Source: Octopus bimaculoides (taxonomy: Eukaryota). From it: a stretch of 64,000 nt of DNA. Below are positions 51,701 through 64,000 of this stretch, in pieces (within the stretch, counting starts at the first letter, position 1; each line of letters starts with the position of its first letter). The stretch is taken from contig NC_068984.1 of assembly GCF_001194135.2 (NCBI RefSeq), positions 77,516,383-77,580,382 on the forward strand, read 5' to 3'. The notes under the pieces were generated by a model. The model did no database searches. It had not been told where the DNA came from and was given only the letters and a program-made list of their open reading frames with translations. Made by a program: the position numbers and the translations under genes.

Positions 51701-52197
51701 GGTAATCTTCAAGTTTAGGGATGTAAAAAAAGTAAATATAAATTTACAAGGGAAATAACTTAACGTCTTGCTAGCATTATCCGTACTACTCTGAAATGTT
51801 TTTTTTTTTTTAGCTGTTTATAAATCACACACGTTTTTTTGTTTTTTTGTCTAAAACAGCATGCGACGGAATTTTTTCTTATAAAAGTTTAAAATGTTTT
51901 TTCCTTTTCCTTTTCCAAAACGGAAACGAAATGGTTTGCAGAGTGAGGGTCAGCATGCAGTTCTAGAAATTCACCTACTCAACATTATAAACTTCAGAAA
52001 ATAAACGAATGTTTTTTTCTTTTGGGGTTGAATTCAGCCGGTACTTTGATATACAATCACGTGTGTGATTTATTTATAAACAGCTAAAAAAAAAAAACAC
52101 ATTTCAGATTAGTACGGATAATACTAGCAAGACGTTAAGTTATTTCCTTTGTATATTTTTATTTCCTTTTTTTACATCCCTAAACTTGAAGATTACC
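51701..52197. mobile_element. Foldback MITE with about 135 bp TIRs
   Basis: 51701-51833 is an inverted copy of 52060-52197. TSD not resolved. Confidence 0.8.
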
Positions 52198-54631
52198 GTA
52201 TTGGTATATATGTTTGATTTTACAATGGCAATTTAGCTTTATTTTGGTGAAATAAATCGAAAAATTGTTGACTTCCATTGTTTCTGAGTTTTGTGTCCAT
52301 TTCAGTCTTCCTGGCATTGTATCCTATCACAGCTTCATTTAACTTTTAACACAAAATATTCACTCTTCCCATACACTACATCTGCTTCTGTCTTTGTCTC
52401 CCCCAATACTGTCTTGCAACCACTTGTCACCTTTATCCAATTTGCAGTTGTCATTACTTTTTCTTACCTCCTCTACTTATCCACTCAACACTTGTTCATT
52501 CATTATATTCACTGCTTGACCTATTCTCCATATCTTTCTTTTCCAAACAGTCTTGAACCCTCAACTCATGTACACTTCCAGATCATCTGTCCCACTTAGT
52601 ACACTGAGGTTTTCCACAGATGCCTCATAGCTACCATTTTTCTCTTTTCCTTTCTTTGCCTGGGTTACTCCACCCCACCCCTCTTCTAAAATGTGAATAG
52701 TGTTATGGCCCCCACTACATCAACAAACTTGTTTTGCTCTGATCCCTTCTCTCATAATTTAGCCTCTCATTTCCTAGCATACAGTTACCTATCTCAGGGG
52801 TCTGCAGTCTTGTAAGCATGGTGACCTCACAGGTGCTGATGGCAAGAAAAAAGCACCCAGTACATGCTGTAAAGTGATTGGTGTTTCTATGGTATCAAGC
52901 CATAGAAATCATGCCAAAGTAGACTGGAGCATAATACAAACCTTGAACCCATTGGATCAGGTCAAACTATATCCAACCCATGCCAGCAAAGTTAAAAGCT
53001 GTTAAATGATAATACAATGTTGATGATGATTTCATATATATATATGAGAGTATCAGATGAATCTACCTCACGGCAGGAGACACAAATGAGGGCAGCGACA
53101 TCAAACTCCCTTATTGACCAAATACCACATATCAGAAGAGGCCCTCTATAATAAGTGTATAATAAGGTGCCCCAGCATGACCACAGCTTTGAGGTGAAAC
53201 TGATAAAAAAAATGTGTGTGTGTGTACTGGCATGACTAGGGTTAGGAAGTTTGCTTTCAAACTATGTGGTTTGGGTAGAATACCAGTCAACGATGGTTGC
53301 AATATAGCATTCTATACAATATGCCTGGGTTGACCAAGTAAAATTAGCAGAAAGAAACTGAAAAAGCATGTAATGTAATATATGTGTGTATGAGTTCATA
53401 TTTTATCTTATCCTTATGTGTATTTGCTGACTGTAAAGAATAGCCTGTGAATATAAGCAGTGTACATTGCAGCCAATTGTGAAAAACATGTCCAGACTTC
53501 TTGATGTGTTGTGCGATCTTTGTAAACAAAAGGATCATTCAAACATTGATTGTTTCCACTTCATTGTATATGCATGTCCCAGCAGTTGTTTGATAGATTA
53601 GGAGATTATTATCTTGCTTGGAAGTAGGTAAGGGTTGGAGACAAGGGGTATCCAGCTATAGAAAATTTGCCTCAGTAAATTCCATCTGACCCATGCAAGT
53701 GTAGGAAAGTGAACGTTAAAATGATGATGGTGATTATGTTTGTGTTTCTGTTTTTCCGTACTATCATAAATATGTTACTGAGGCATTATTTTGCAGCTGG
53801 ATGTCCTTACTGTCATTAACCCTTGCTTGCTTTCAAACAATGAATCTATTATTTATGTGTCTTTGAAAGCATAAAGAAAACAGATAATTTGTTGACAGCA
53901 GAGCTGATAATAAATTGCGACTTTGTTAGTGTGATGTAAACATAAGCACAGACAACACACATACCTACAATAGTTGTCTTCCAGGTTCCATCTACCAAGT
54001 CATTCACAAGGCTTAGGGCTATAGTAGAAAACATTTCAAGGTTCCCGGCAGTGGGACTGAATCCAAAACCACATTATTGGAAAACAAACTTCTTAACTAC
54101 ACAGCTATTCCTGCACCTGTATATCATCATCATTTTTACATCTGATTTCAATGCTTGTATGGGTTGAAATCCAGTAGATTGATGGACCACATATTGCTCT
54201 AGTGCCTCAGTTTTGACTTTGTTTCTATGGCTGGTTACCTTTTCCAATGTCAACCACTTAGGAGTGCTTTTTTTACATGGCACCACCACAAGTGATGTTG
54301 CCTTGTAACTTACAAGACTAGAGAACCTTCTTGACTGAGAAGGAAAAGAGGACATATGGTGTTAACTCTCTGTGGTGGGGTATTCTGAGTTTTAAGCATG
54401 TTGAGAGGGGCATGAACAGATTTATTTTTGTGAAGGAGAGTGTGATGATAAGTTTCTTATGGCTAGAAAGCTTTTAATTGCAGGTCATTTTGATGCAGGA
54501 TTACAACAATGTTTGTCCAATTTTCTACTAAATACTGAAGAATATTATGACCTCATGATTGTCATGTGTTATACTTTATTCAATTCCATCTATGTTAGGC
54601 TATATTAAAGGTTTTGCTTCATAGAAAACAT

Positions 54632-54727
54632 AGAGAGGCTTTATCTGTAAGGCTTTATTAGAGAGGCTTTATCTGTAAGGCTTTATTAGAGAGGCTTTAT
54701 CTGTAAGGCTTTATTAGAGAGGCTTTA
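54632..54727 (+). repeat. 28-bp tandem repeat, about 3.4 identical copies
   Basis: agagaggctttatctgtaaggctttatt at 54632, 54660 and 54688, plus a partial unit. Confidence 0.95.
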
Positions 54728-56012
54728 TTATTTGAAAAGATAAATGAAAAACTGAAGTTTGATAAGATGTAGTTATATTAAGATTGCTTTTGTAAAATTA
54801 GTACCCACTTCTAAAGACATAGCTCTTCAAACAGTTTTATAAAGCTACCACTTCTCATTATGAAGGCTTGATAATGCATGCAAAAGATAGGTAACTGGTA
54901 AGGGAGAAATTATTAACTCCCTTTCAGTTTTGAAACAATGAACTAAAACTTTTTTTTCAGTCCAAAGAAAGAAAAGTTTTTGTGAACATTCTAGCTTAGA
55001 AGTTTAGTGTGCTAACCTGGTTTATCTGGCAGGAACTTTTATGCTTTTCAACAAGGGCAAATTAGAAACACCACACAATGGATGAGCCTATCTGTTGATT
55101 TCAGTGATTGAAGCACTCTTTGTAAAGCATTTTATTATGAAAATGAATGTATCTATGTTCTTGCTGTTCAAAAATTTTTCTCTACATCATCAGAACAATC
55201 TTGTCACCACTGCAAATAGCCAGAAGGCTTATTAGAAGTCTATTATAAGTGACGGAAGCACCCTTGTTAAGTTGGATATACAGATTTCCTTTTGGTATTA
55301 GTACTGCTTCTATTGCTAATAATTAATTTTTAATAAGCCTGCTGACTATTTGTGACATTAGTGTTTGTAAAGATGTTGATATTCTAAACATTGTAGCAGT
55401 GAAATTTAACTAGCATCAAAAACTGATGGGATTGAGGGAATAAGGTGTAAGCAGAGTGCATCTTTCTCCCTGGCCTGAATGTTTCTGACATAACACAATC
55501 CTCTCATGGTGCCAAAGAGTGGAGTTAAGCCATGTGACAGATTTCAGTTCTCCATAGCAGGCTATGGCACAATCTGGACTTGGGCCTAAGGTGCCAGCAT
55601 AAATACTGCCATGCATTTTGTTTAACATTTTAATGATTGCCAGTTCATCTTGACACACATGTGTGCGCATACATACACATACACACAGCAAGAAGTTTTC
55701 TCCACGACAAAATACAGTGAATGTCTTATGGATTTGAATATAACTCAAGCATATTTGAAATGGTAGCAAGTTTGTATTTATGAACATCATTGCTTAGTGC
55801 TTTAATTCCATACTTTATTTACAGTAAACCAACAATTAGTGCAATCTGAAAAAGGCAATATTCATAATCCACATTAAAGGTTTGTGGAGCAGATGCATGA
55901 TATGCTCAGAATATAAAACTTCTTGTGATCTATTTGAAAACTATCTTCATGAATTTGAAAGTAAAATCTCAGGAATGCATTTTCCACCAAAGTAAGTTCA
56001 ATTATAAATAAT

Positions 56013-56697
56013 GGTTTCAAATTTTGGTATGAGGCCAGCAAGTTTGTGGGAGGTGGTAAGTCAATTACATCAACACTTATTTTATCAACCCTGAAAAGAT
56101 GAAAAGTTAAGTTGACTACAGAGGAATTTGAACTTAGATCATAAAAACGGATGAAATGGTGCCAAGCATTTTCCCTGGTGTGCTAATGATTCTGCCAGCT
56201 TGCTGCCTTCAATTCAGTTCTGAATAATGATAAATATTATATTTCTTAACATGATTTTCTACAGTTTAGTAAGTTTGTCTAATAAAATGGATTGTGACAT
56301 GGTTGATGTTTATGAACAACTCTTTTACTTGTTTCAGCCATTTGACTACAGCCATGCTGGAGCACCGCCTTTAGTCGAGCAAATCGACCCCAGGACTTAT
56401 TCTTTGTAAGCCTAGTACTTATTCTATTGGTCTCTTTTTGCCGAACCACTAAGTTACGGGGATGTAAACACACCAGCATCAGTTGTCAAGCAATGGTGGG
56501 GGGACAAACACACATACATATATATATACATATATATGACGGGCTTCTTTCAGTTTCCATTTACCAAATTCACTCACAAGGCTTTGGTCGGCCCGAGGCT
56601 ATAGTAGAAGACACTTGCCCAAGGTGCCACGCAGTGGGACTGAACCCGGAACCATGTGGTTGGTAAGCAAGCTACTTACCACACAGCCACTCCTGCA
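56013..56697 (-). mobile_element. Family X SINE (56013-56210) and family Z SINE (56321-56697)
   Basis: Matches to the other copies in the window. Confidence 0.85.
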
Positions 56698-57123
56698 CAG
56701 GAATTTGTTTGCAGGAAAAACATGGGTATGAAAAGGAAGGAATTGTAATAGTGTGAGTGACTTCCTGCTAATCATTTGGATGTCATTGTGTTGAAGAAGC
56801 AAAAAGCATATCAAATGTTGGAGCAGTTTTCCACAAACTGAGCATTTTAAAGTCTAGAAGTAATAAGCACTACTTGTTTTCATTTTATTACATCTTACAT
56901 GGGCTTTGAGCTTAATCATTTCTTTCTGTGTACTTGAGATCTCATTTTCATACGATTAGTTTGTAAACACTTCTAGCTTTAAAATAATTTATCTTTCAGC
57001 TTGGTGATTTTATTTTCAATTAAAAACATGTAATAATTTTTGAAAGAAAGTGAGTTTGTTAGTTTGTGGGAAAGCTAAACTTAAACATAGTTCTTTATTT
57101 TATATATTTTTGCATCCAGTAAC

Positions 57124-57330
57124 TTAACCCTTTCGTTAATATATTTCTAACAGAAATACACCCCTTAGGTGTTTCAATTATATTCTAAAACAATAATGAA
57201 TTTTCACTGGTTTCAAAACAATTTTAATTTTTTTATTTATCAACATATTAATCTGGTATTTGGAACCTGGTTTAACAAACTATTTTACAATTTTTGTTTC
57301 AAAACTAATTTAATTACAGGTGAAGACAGG
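57124..57330 (+). mobile_element. piggyBac-like MITE end (TTAA-CCCTTTCG)
   Basis: ttaaccctttcgtta..atatttct; homologous to 58497-58640. Confidence 0.55.
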
Positions 57331-58496
57331 TATATTAAACAAAATATAAATATTAAAAAATTTTTTTAAACATCTGCATAGAAAATGAGTTATTAACTAG
57401 TCTTCAGTTGGGCAAACTACAGAATTTTATTTAGAAGTGTACATATAACTGGATTATCTATCAGTTGAACTTAATGCACATGGGACAGGTGTACCATAAA
57501 GGTAAAATTGGACAAAATACTGAAATTTATCTTTGAAGAAAATTAGAAAATGTAATACACAGAAACATAGTAAGGTCCACTATACAAATTAATCAAAATT
57601 AATTACACACCTTATAGGCAAATTAAAATTACAGATAAAAAAAAAGATAAAAACAAGGTAAATTTGAAAAAAGAAATATATAATTGAAATTACATATGAA
57701 AATTATAAATAAAAAAAATCTAATGGTTTCGTTTTCTTGGAAAGATTGTGGCTAGATCTAGTCTCTTCCAAAAAACAACGAAGAGAAATAATTTTCAAAT
57801 TCTTACTACATTCAGGTACAAATTCTGTTTTTTCTATTGCTGTCAGAACTGTTGTCAGTTTTATTCATTTTTGGAAATCGAAATATCTGATCCATAATCA
57901 AACATTTTTATGTTCACTATGTATTTTACAAAATTTTCCTATCTTTCAAAAATCCTTCAAATTCAAACTTGCTACTTCAGAGCATAAAACAAGTATCTAT
58001 TTCCTGTCCATTGTAAAAACAAAAATGTTTCAGACAATTAAAGTGGGAAAAAGAAATTGGGAAAAGATTTCCAAAATCTTGCAGTGTTCAATTACCACAT
58101 AAAATAATGGCAGACAGTAATAACTCAATTGTTTACCTAATGAAATTATGTTTTCACAAATTTACTGACAAGATTTGTGCTAACAAAAGTATTAGCTGCT
58201 AAATAAATCTAAATTGAGCCAACAAGGAAAAATCTCTATGTGTTTGCAATGTTTCCTGTAACAAATAACTAAATTTCTTAATCACACTACTGACTCAACC
58301 CCCCCCCCCAACAAAAAGGACACCTTGGGTAGTGAAGTCCTAGATATACTCACTGTGCTTGGAAAAGCAAAATGCTCATCACCTGAACAGTTTCAATCAT
58401 GGCTTCATTCAGTCATTAACAACTTAATCCAAGAACGGACTTGTCTTCATGTTTCAATTGTGAAAATAATAAAGAATTTTAGAGTATCTGAACAAA

Positions 58497-58640
58497 TTAA
58501 CCCTTTCGTTACTATATTTCTGACCAAAATACACCCCTCATGAGTTTCAATTAAATTATAAAATAATCATGAATTTAGACTAGTCTCATTAAATCCCTGT
58601 AACTTTTTTATTTATCAATGTGATATTTGAAACATAATTG
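58497..58640 (+). mobile_element. piggyBac-like MITE end (TTAA-CCCTTTCG)
   Basis: Homologous to 57124-57330 in the same orientation. No matching right TIR seen. Confidence 0.55.
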
Positions 58641-58914
58641 AAGAAAGGGTTCTTAATCAATTCTATTGCATAATTTTTGTCTCAAAGTTCTCCATGTACT
58701 GGGGTAATGCTAGTGTCTCTCACATGTAAATATTAGTTTAGCTTCACAAATTGTACTCGCGTCATAATATTGGAAACATATTCATCGCCAAAAGGTTCCT
58801 GATTGCTCCAGTAATTTGTTATTCTGGGTAACTGTCTAATACCCATAATAATATTTATTAAGGAAGGATAGGAGAATTTTAGATTTATAAGCCCTAAAAT
58901 TCACTCCATAATTG

Positions 58915-59180
58915 CCCACGGGCATATGGTGTAGTGATTAAGAGCGCAGGCTACTAACCCCAAGATTCCGAGTTCAATTCCAAGCTGCGGCCTGAATAAT
59001 AATAATAATAACATCGAAAGATACCTTAGGAATAAGAACCCAGGTTCGAAATTTCCCCAAGACACCTGATGAAGGCTGGAGGGTATATCAGCTGAAATGT
59101 GTTAACAACAAACAAGATGAGGACAAATATCCGTCAATTGTAAATAATGTACATAATTTCTCATCTCTTAAATATAGAAC
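58915..59180 (+). mobile_element. tRNA-headed element with Penelope-type hammerhead, copy 3 (most complete head)
   Basis: A-box tggtgtagtga, B-box gagttcaattcc, (AAT)n, then gacacCTGATGAaggctg..cagctGAAAtgtgtt (core 59066-59097). Confidence 0.8.
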
Positions 59181-59199
59181 TGTGCACATTGCCTGTTTT

Positions 59200-59790
59200 T
59201 GATTTTGTTGACTACACATTATAGTAGTGTCAGTTGGGCACTGCGAGAAAAACAGCACCATGACATTCACTCTGCCAGAAATTTGGAAATGACATGTACT
59301 GCTTGGCATTTGCCCCAGAAGCTCCAATACGAACATTTCAGAGTGTTTGGTTGTCAATTTGAGGACATGTACCGAGAGTGATAAAAATCAAACACCTCAT
59401 GGTCTTTGGAGTGATCTCTGGTGATGGCAACATTATGTCTCCATTCATCTTCCCACACTCACCTTCCCAGACTGCATCCCCCTTGATTATTGCGTGGGGT
59501 GTAGTTGAGTGAGAGACTAGCAAAACTCTCTGAAACACTAAAGATGAACTGAAAGCAAGGATTATGGCAGCATTCACCAACTTAAACAACGAGACTGTCC
59601 AGAAGAGTTGCAGTAGATTCAGAAATCGTCTGGAAGCTGGGGTTGAAGCCAATGGTAATTTTATTGAATAAATTGCTCTTCAATATTTCAAGATTTTTTT
59701 CTGTAATTTTGGTAAAATATATTTGTTAAAATGAGATGTCATTTTTCCATGTTTGCATAGTTTAGATAACAGTTTATTCACTGCACCCTG
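59200..59790 (+). mobile_element. Internally deleted maT/DD37D-like mariner with right TIR
   Basis: MVFGVISGDGNIMSPFIFP..PLDYCVWGVVE..DELKARIMAAF..SCSRFRNRLEAGVEANG. Ends ...cactgcaccctg followed by TA. Confidence 0.8.
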
Positions 59791-59885
59791 TATCACTAGC
59801 ACATAAAAACATGTATTATGTCTATTAAATACTATTTATCTCACTAGATGGAGTACTTCTTTTGTTGATCTTACCATCATGTTAT

Positions 59886-59923
<38 letters not shown>

Positions 59924-59935
59924 TATATACACATA

Positions 59936-60450
59936 CAGAGGTTGGACAAAATAATGGAAACGCCTTAAAATCTCAAACAAATTTATTTTAATATGAGTAG
60001 GACTGCCTTTGGCAGTAATTACTGCTTGAATTCTACGAGGTATAGACTCGTACAAAATTTTAATTGTTTTCAAAGGAATTTTTGTCCACTCTTCAGCTAA
60101 AACAGTCCCTAGTTCTTGTAGTGATGATGGAGGATATCGACTCCTTACTTGTTTTTCTAAAATGCACCATAAATGTTCAATAATATTGAGATTTGGGGAC
60201 TGTGGTGGCCAGAATGTTCCTCGTGCCATTCAATAACAACTTTAGCAGTGTGAATTTGTGCATTATCATCCTGAAAGATTGTTTCCCCTCGGAAACAGTT
60301 CTGCACTATAGGATGAATTTGATCTAATAAAATGCTTAGTCTTGACTATTAATTCTGCCATGAAGGGAAACCATTGGGCCAGCGGATTTCCAAGATATAG
60401 CCCCCCCTCCGATCTTCACAAATGCTCCTCCATGTTTAACAGTTGGAAGA
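59936..60450 (-). mobile_element. Tc1 (DD34E) element 3' part with TIR
   Basis: WPPQSPNLNIIEHLW..SIPRRIQAVITAKG. TIR cagaggttggacaaaataatggaaac follows a TA at 59934-59935. Confidence 0.85.
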
Positions 60451-63400
60451 AGACATATTTGTAAGCCTTAAGGGTTTTAATTGTGTGTTAATCTATGTAT
60501 TGTGGTTTCTATTCAGGTTTGGCATTATACCTGGTGCACTAAAATTGTACATTCCAAAAACATGAAAACTAAGGTTTCTCTCAGAACAGAGAAGTATGGA
60601 AAACACTGGGCAAAATACTCTTGTGTTATGGCCTTTCTCATGATTTGGTATGAAATATTTCAGATTTTGTCCAGTAACATGTGTTCAGTGATACACATGA
60701 TCAGAAAAATAGAGATTTGTTGTTGGCAAGTTAATGGTAGTTTTTCAACTGCATTTTCAGTTGGAGGAAGTTATTGATAAAAATGAATGAAAGAAGCTCC
60801 CAGTGTTCGAGTGTGTGTGTGTGTGGGGGTACACAGTATAGGGCTGGCCTCAGTACTTTGGCACTAGCTCTCTTTTTTATTTGTTCATGTTTTTGTTTTT
60901 TTTGGCAAGGATTGGATTAGTCTAGTGTTAATTTGAATTGCACTTCAACAGTACATTTACATATGGTGTCAGATTACTGATCATCATGTAATACATTAAT
61001 TAAATGAAATAAAGATTAAGCAGCTTAACCAATATCAGTTATCCAAGCAATCAAGTCATATTCTCTCATGTTAAATGTTTCCTGGTGGTGATGTTGTTAT
61101 TGTCAAGAAGGGTAAAATAAATCATGGCAAAATTTCAAATATGGCATGTTACAGCATTTTGTCCAATAATCTACCAATTCTGCACTTCACTGCTTTCTTA
61201 AAAGTTATAACTGAATTGACTATATTCCTTTCCAAAATATATGACCTGCAGCTGTAAGAATTCATCATTATCTAGCGTGTAAATTAACTGAAAATTTTCA
61301 GTTTCTCATTGTCTTCAAAGTGTACGATATCTCTCTCTTTCTCTCTTTCCCCTCTTCTTTTTTTCTTTTGCTGTTCACCTATGTGTGTGCACACACATAC
61401 ATCTATAATGTAAAAAAATGTTTGTTATTAATAACTTCCCTTTCATCTTAGTATTCAAGAATTACTTAATATCTCCTTAGGTCAACTGGATATCTCATTG
61501 CTTTGCAGCTTGCTACCTGTTTTTTTTCAAAACACACTGCTCCCAAAATTAAAGGGTTCTGATATTTGAGCAATATGTATATAGTGGACATCTTTTACTT
61601 TCTATTTGGCAATATGAACTAGCTGGTTATATCTGTCATCAATCTAAGTTTTAGTGTTTTAGTTTAGTTGTCTATAAAGTTTGATTTCAGCCAGTATTAG
61701 TCCAGTATGAATCTGATTTAAAAGATTTGACCAAGTGGAACAAATAAGTCATAATTTGGGACTCTGTAGTCCACTTGAGTAGGGCACTTATAACATTTGC
61801 ACATACTGACCTTTACTGTGTAGAAACATTTTTCCATGTTGAGCTGTTTTTCTACATGGTCACTCAACTTGTTAGAAACAGCAGCAAAATTTCCCCTCAA
61901 ATCACATTCTACCAAAAGGAAGAACATTGGATAACAGTATTGGATACTTCTGACAAGGGTGGGTGGTCATAGCCTGAATCTCGTCTACTTAGCTAGCATT
62001 GACCTGGGCCTAAAGATATTTCCATCTTTCAGGATACAGCTTCCCTTTTTAGAATACACAATTGTTACATACAAACTGATTGTCTCTCACTCCTCTCACA
62101 AAAAAAAAAAAAAAAGCGGTGGGGAGCTGGCAAATTTTCACTTGCAAACATCTTACTAAATCATGAACCAACCAGCACAACTATCCCTCGCTAACATATG
62201 TAATTGTAATTTCATTGACAGATTAAAGAAAATTATAGGAGAGAATATAAAATGGCAACATTGCCAGGTGTGTGTAATTCCACAAATTGAGTATCAATAT
62301 AAAGCTTAGATAATTTTTGTTTTCTTAATTCAGATTGTGGCAATAAAAACATAACAAATGAAATTAGGGCATCAGTTTTTAACTAAGTTGTAGTGATGGT
62401 AATGAGTTAGATGAAAGCAGTAGGAAATATTACACAGTTAATGGTTTAAGGTGGAGTTGTCTGGAATGGTAGTGTTATGTGTGCACTGCATGATGAAGAG
62501 AGTGATCTTATCAGAGTGAGCCAATACTACTGCTGCTGCTACTACTACTACTACTAATAATAATAATAATGCCAAAGGCAACACAAAACTGATTTGATGT
62601 GAAAATGGTTGATTTATGGATTTCATTGCTATTTGTGTGAGTTCTGTTTTGTGTTTGTCATTTGGTTTATGGCAGTAGAATGTTCCGAATAAATGGTGGC
62701 GGAGAGGAAATATATATCTGAACTAACTTGTATGCTTGAAATATTGGAACCGTCTTCATCTTAGGCTACAGCACCACCATACACTTGTATACCCCCATCC
62801 CTTCAATGTTTCTTGCTTTGTTGTTGTAGTTAACATAAATATGCAGAATATATGGTTAGTGATATGAAGTGATAAAAGACACTAACATTCACATAGATGG
62901 TGGAGATGTTTTATTGATTTACTTACACAGAAAAGATGGAAGGTTCTGGTCAGAATATTTGGCAGTTGTTTAAACATTTTGTTGTGCGTCTGTGTTTGCA
63001 TAAACGTGTGTGTGTGAGAGGGAACGATAAATGATTTACTACTTTATTTGTTTGTTTGTGTTCCAGTAATAATGCTAGAGGAAAAGCTAGTCCTTCATAT
63101 ATCAAAGAATTACTATGTGGAACAAAAGACTTCAAAATAACAAAATAATTGTACCCAATTGGACAAATAAAAACTTTGTTTTACATGTATATGTGTGTGT
63201 GTGTGTTTATGGAGGAGTTTTGAAGTAAGGTGGTTTAGGCAGCTTTGATTCAGTCTAACTGAGTTGAATGGAAGTTGGAAATTTCATATAGATGGACAAT
63301 TGGACATGTTTTTATATTTGCTGTTGATAATGCTTCCATATTTTTCTCTGCCAGTGTCTTCAAAAGCAACTGATGAATAGCTAAGATTAGATGAAACCCA

Positions 63401-64000
63401 CTGAATAAGTAGAGATAACAGTAGTTGTTGTTAAGCTAAGGACTATTAGTTTCACACTCAATATATCCAGAGGATATATGTTTTTATATTGTTACATGTG
63501 CATACTCACACATGTAAGCACAACACATTAGTGTATATCCAACAAACTGGCTCATGTGTAACTTTGTTATTCATTAAATCAATACAAATAATTGTTAGTT
63601 GCCTGGTCATTCAAAAAACACCATGCAACACTTGTATGGAATCAATATGTTACTTTTGTAATTAATTGATAGTTAAACAGTATTAATGTTATTGATAATG
63701 TTTATTGCAAATCTACAAATGAGAAATTTATCATTTAATTTTGACATATTTATTCCAAATTTATTACGAATAAGATATTTATTTTAATATAGGAAATATA
63801 TTTGCTGATCAGATGACTTGATCCAAGATGAATTGAAACTGAAGCAATTACGTCATGAAAGTGTCATTCTAATCATCTAATAACACACAAAACTTGTTAA
63901 ATTCACTTTTAATTTGATGAAGTATCGAAATTTTTGTCATGTAACTGCAGCTGTTTGAAAGTTTGTTAATGGCCAGTTCTTATAGGCCTCAGTTTCTTTT

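Noticed and set aside
54632-54727. 28-bp repeats as a CRISPR array (also considered for 4324-4625)
   Set aside because: The repeats are contiguous without unique spacers, there are no cas genes and the context is eukaryotic.
57737-58102. 121-aa ORF between the piggyBac-like ends
   Set aside because: It has AT-biased F/K/I/S composition, no ATG start and no recognisable domain.
63370-63400. CTGATGA...GAAA hammerhead-like spacing
   Set aside because: There is no valid stem II and no stem I/III partners.
14715-64000. C2H2 zinc-finger or protocadherin cluster genes as the targets of the repeated promoters
   Set aside because: No CxxC..H...H repeats, TGEKP linkers or cadherin motifs were seen in the ORF track or by eye.

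Overview
AT-rich, microsatellite- and transposon-dense metazoan DNA with one assembly gap (46833-47793). The SINE, RTE and mariner families look like those of Octopus (inference from recalled repeat sequences; no search was run). I found no intact protein-coding gene, rRNA, functional tRNA or CRISPR array. Nearly all listed ORFs come from microsatellites, the N gap or decayed transposons (Tx1, RTE, CR1, R4/Dong, Tc1/mariner, pogo/Tigger, hAT-, PIF- and piggyBac-like MITEs, several tRNA-derived SINEs). Two signals are not explained by ordinary repeats. (1) A roughly 1 kb non-coding module occurs four times on the + strand (about 14.5, 29.1, 38.75 and 51.1 kb; spacing 14.6, 9.7 and 12.4 kb). Each copy keeps an NRF1-like motif, an ETS motif, a 4-codon uORF, an identical AACAGGAA|GTAAGT donor and a downstream ETS-like element, which is an inverted pair in three of the four copies. 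I recognised no coding exon between copies, so this may be an array of alternative promoters and first exons. (2) A short element joins a tRNA-like head to a Penelope-type minimal hammerhead ribozyme. It has three copies, two of them head-to-head.
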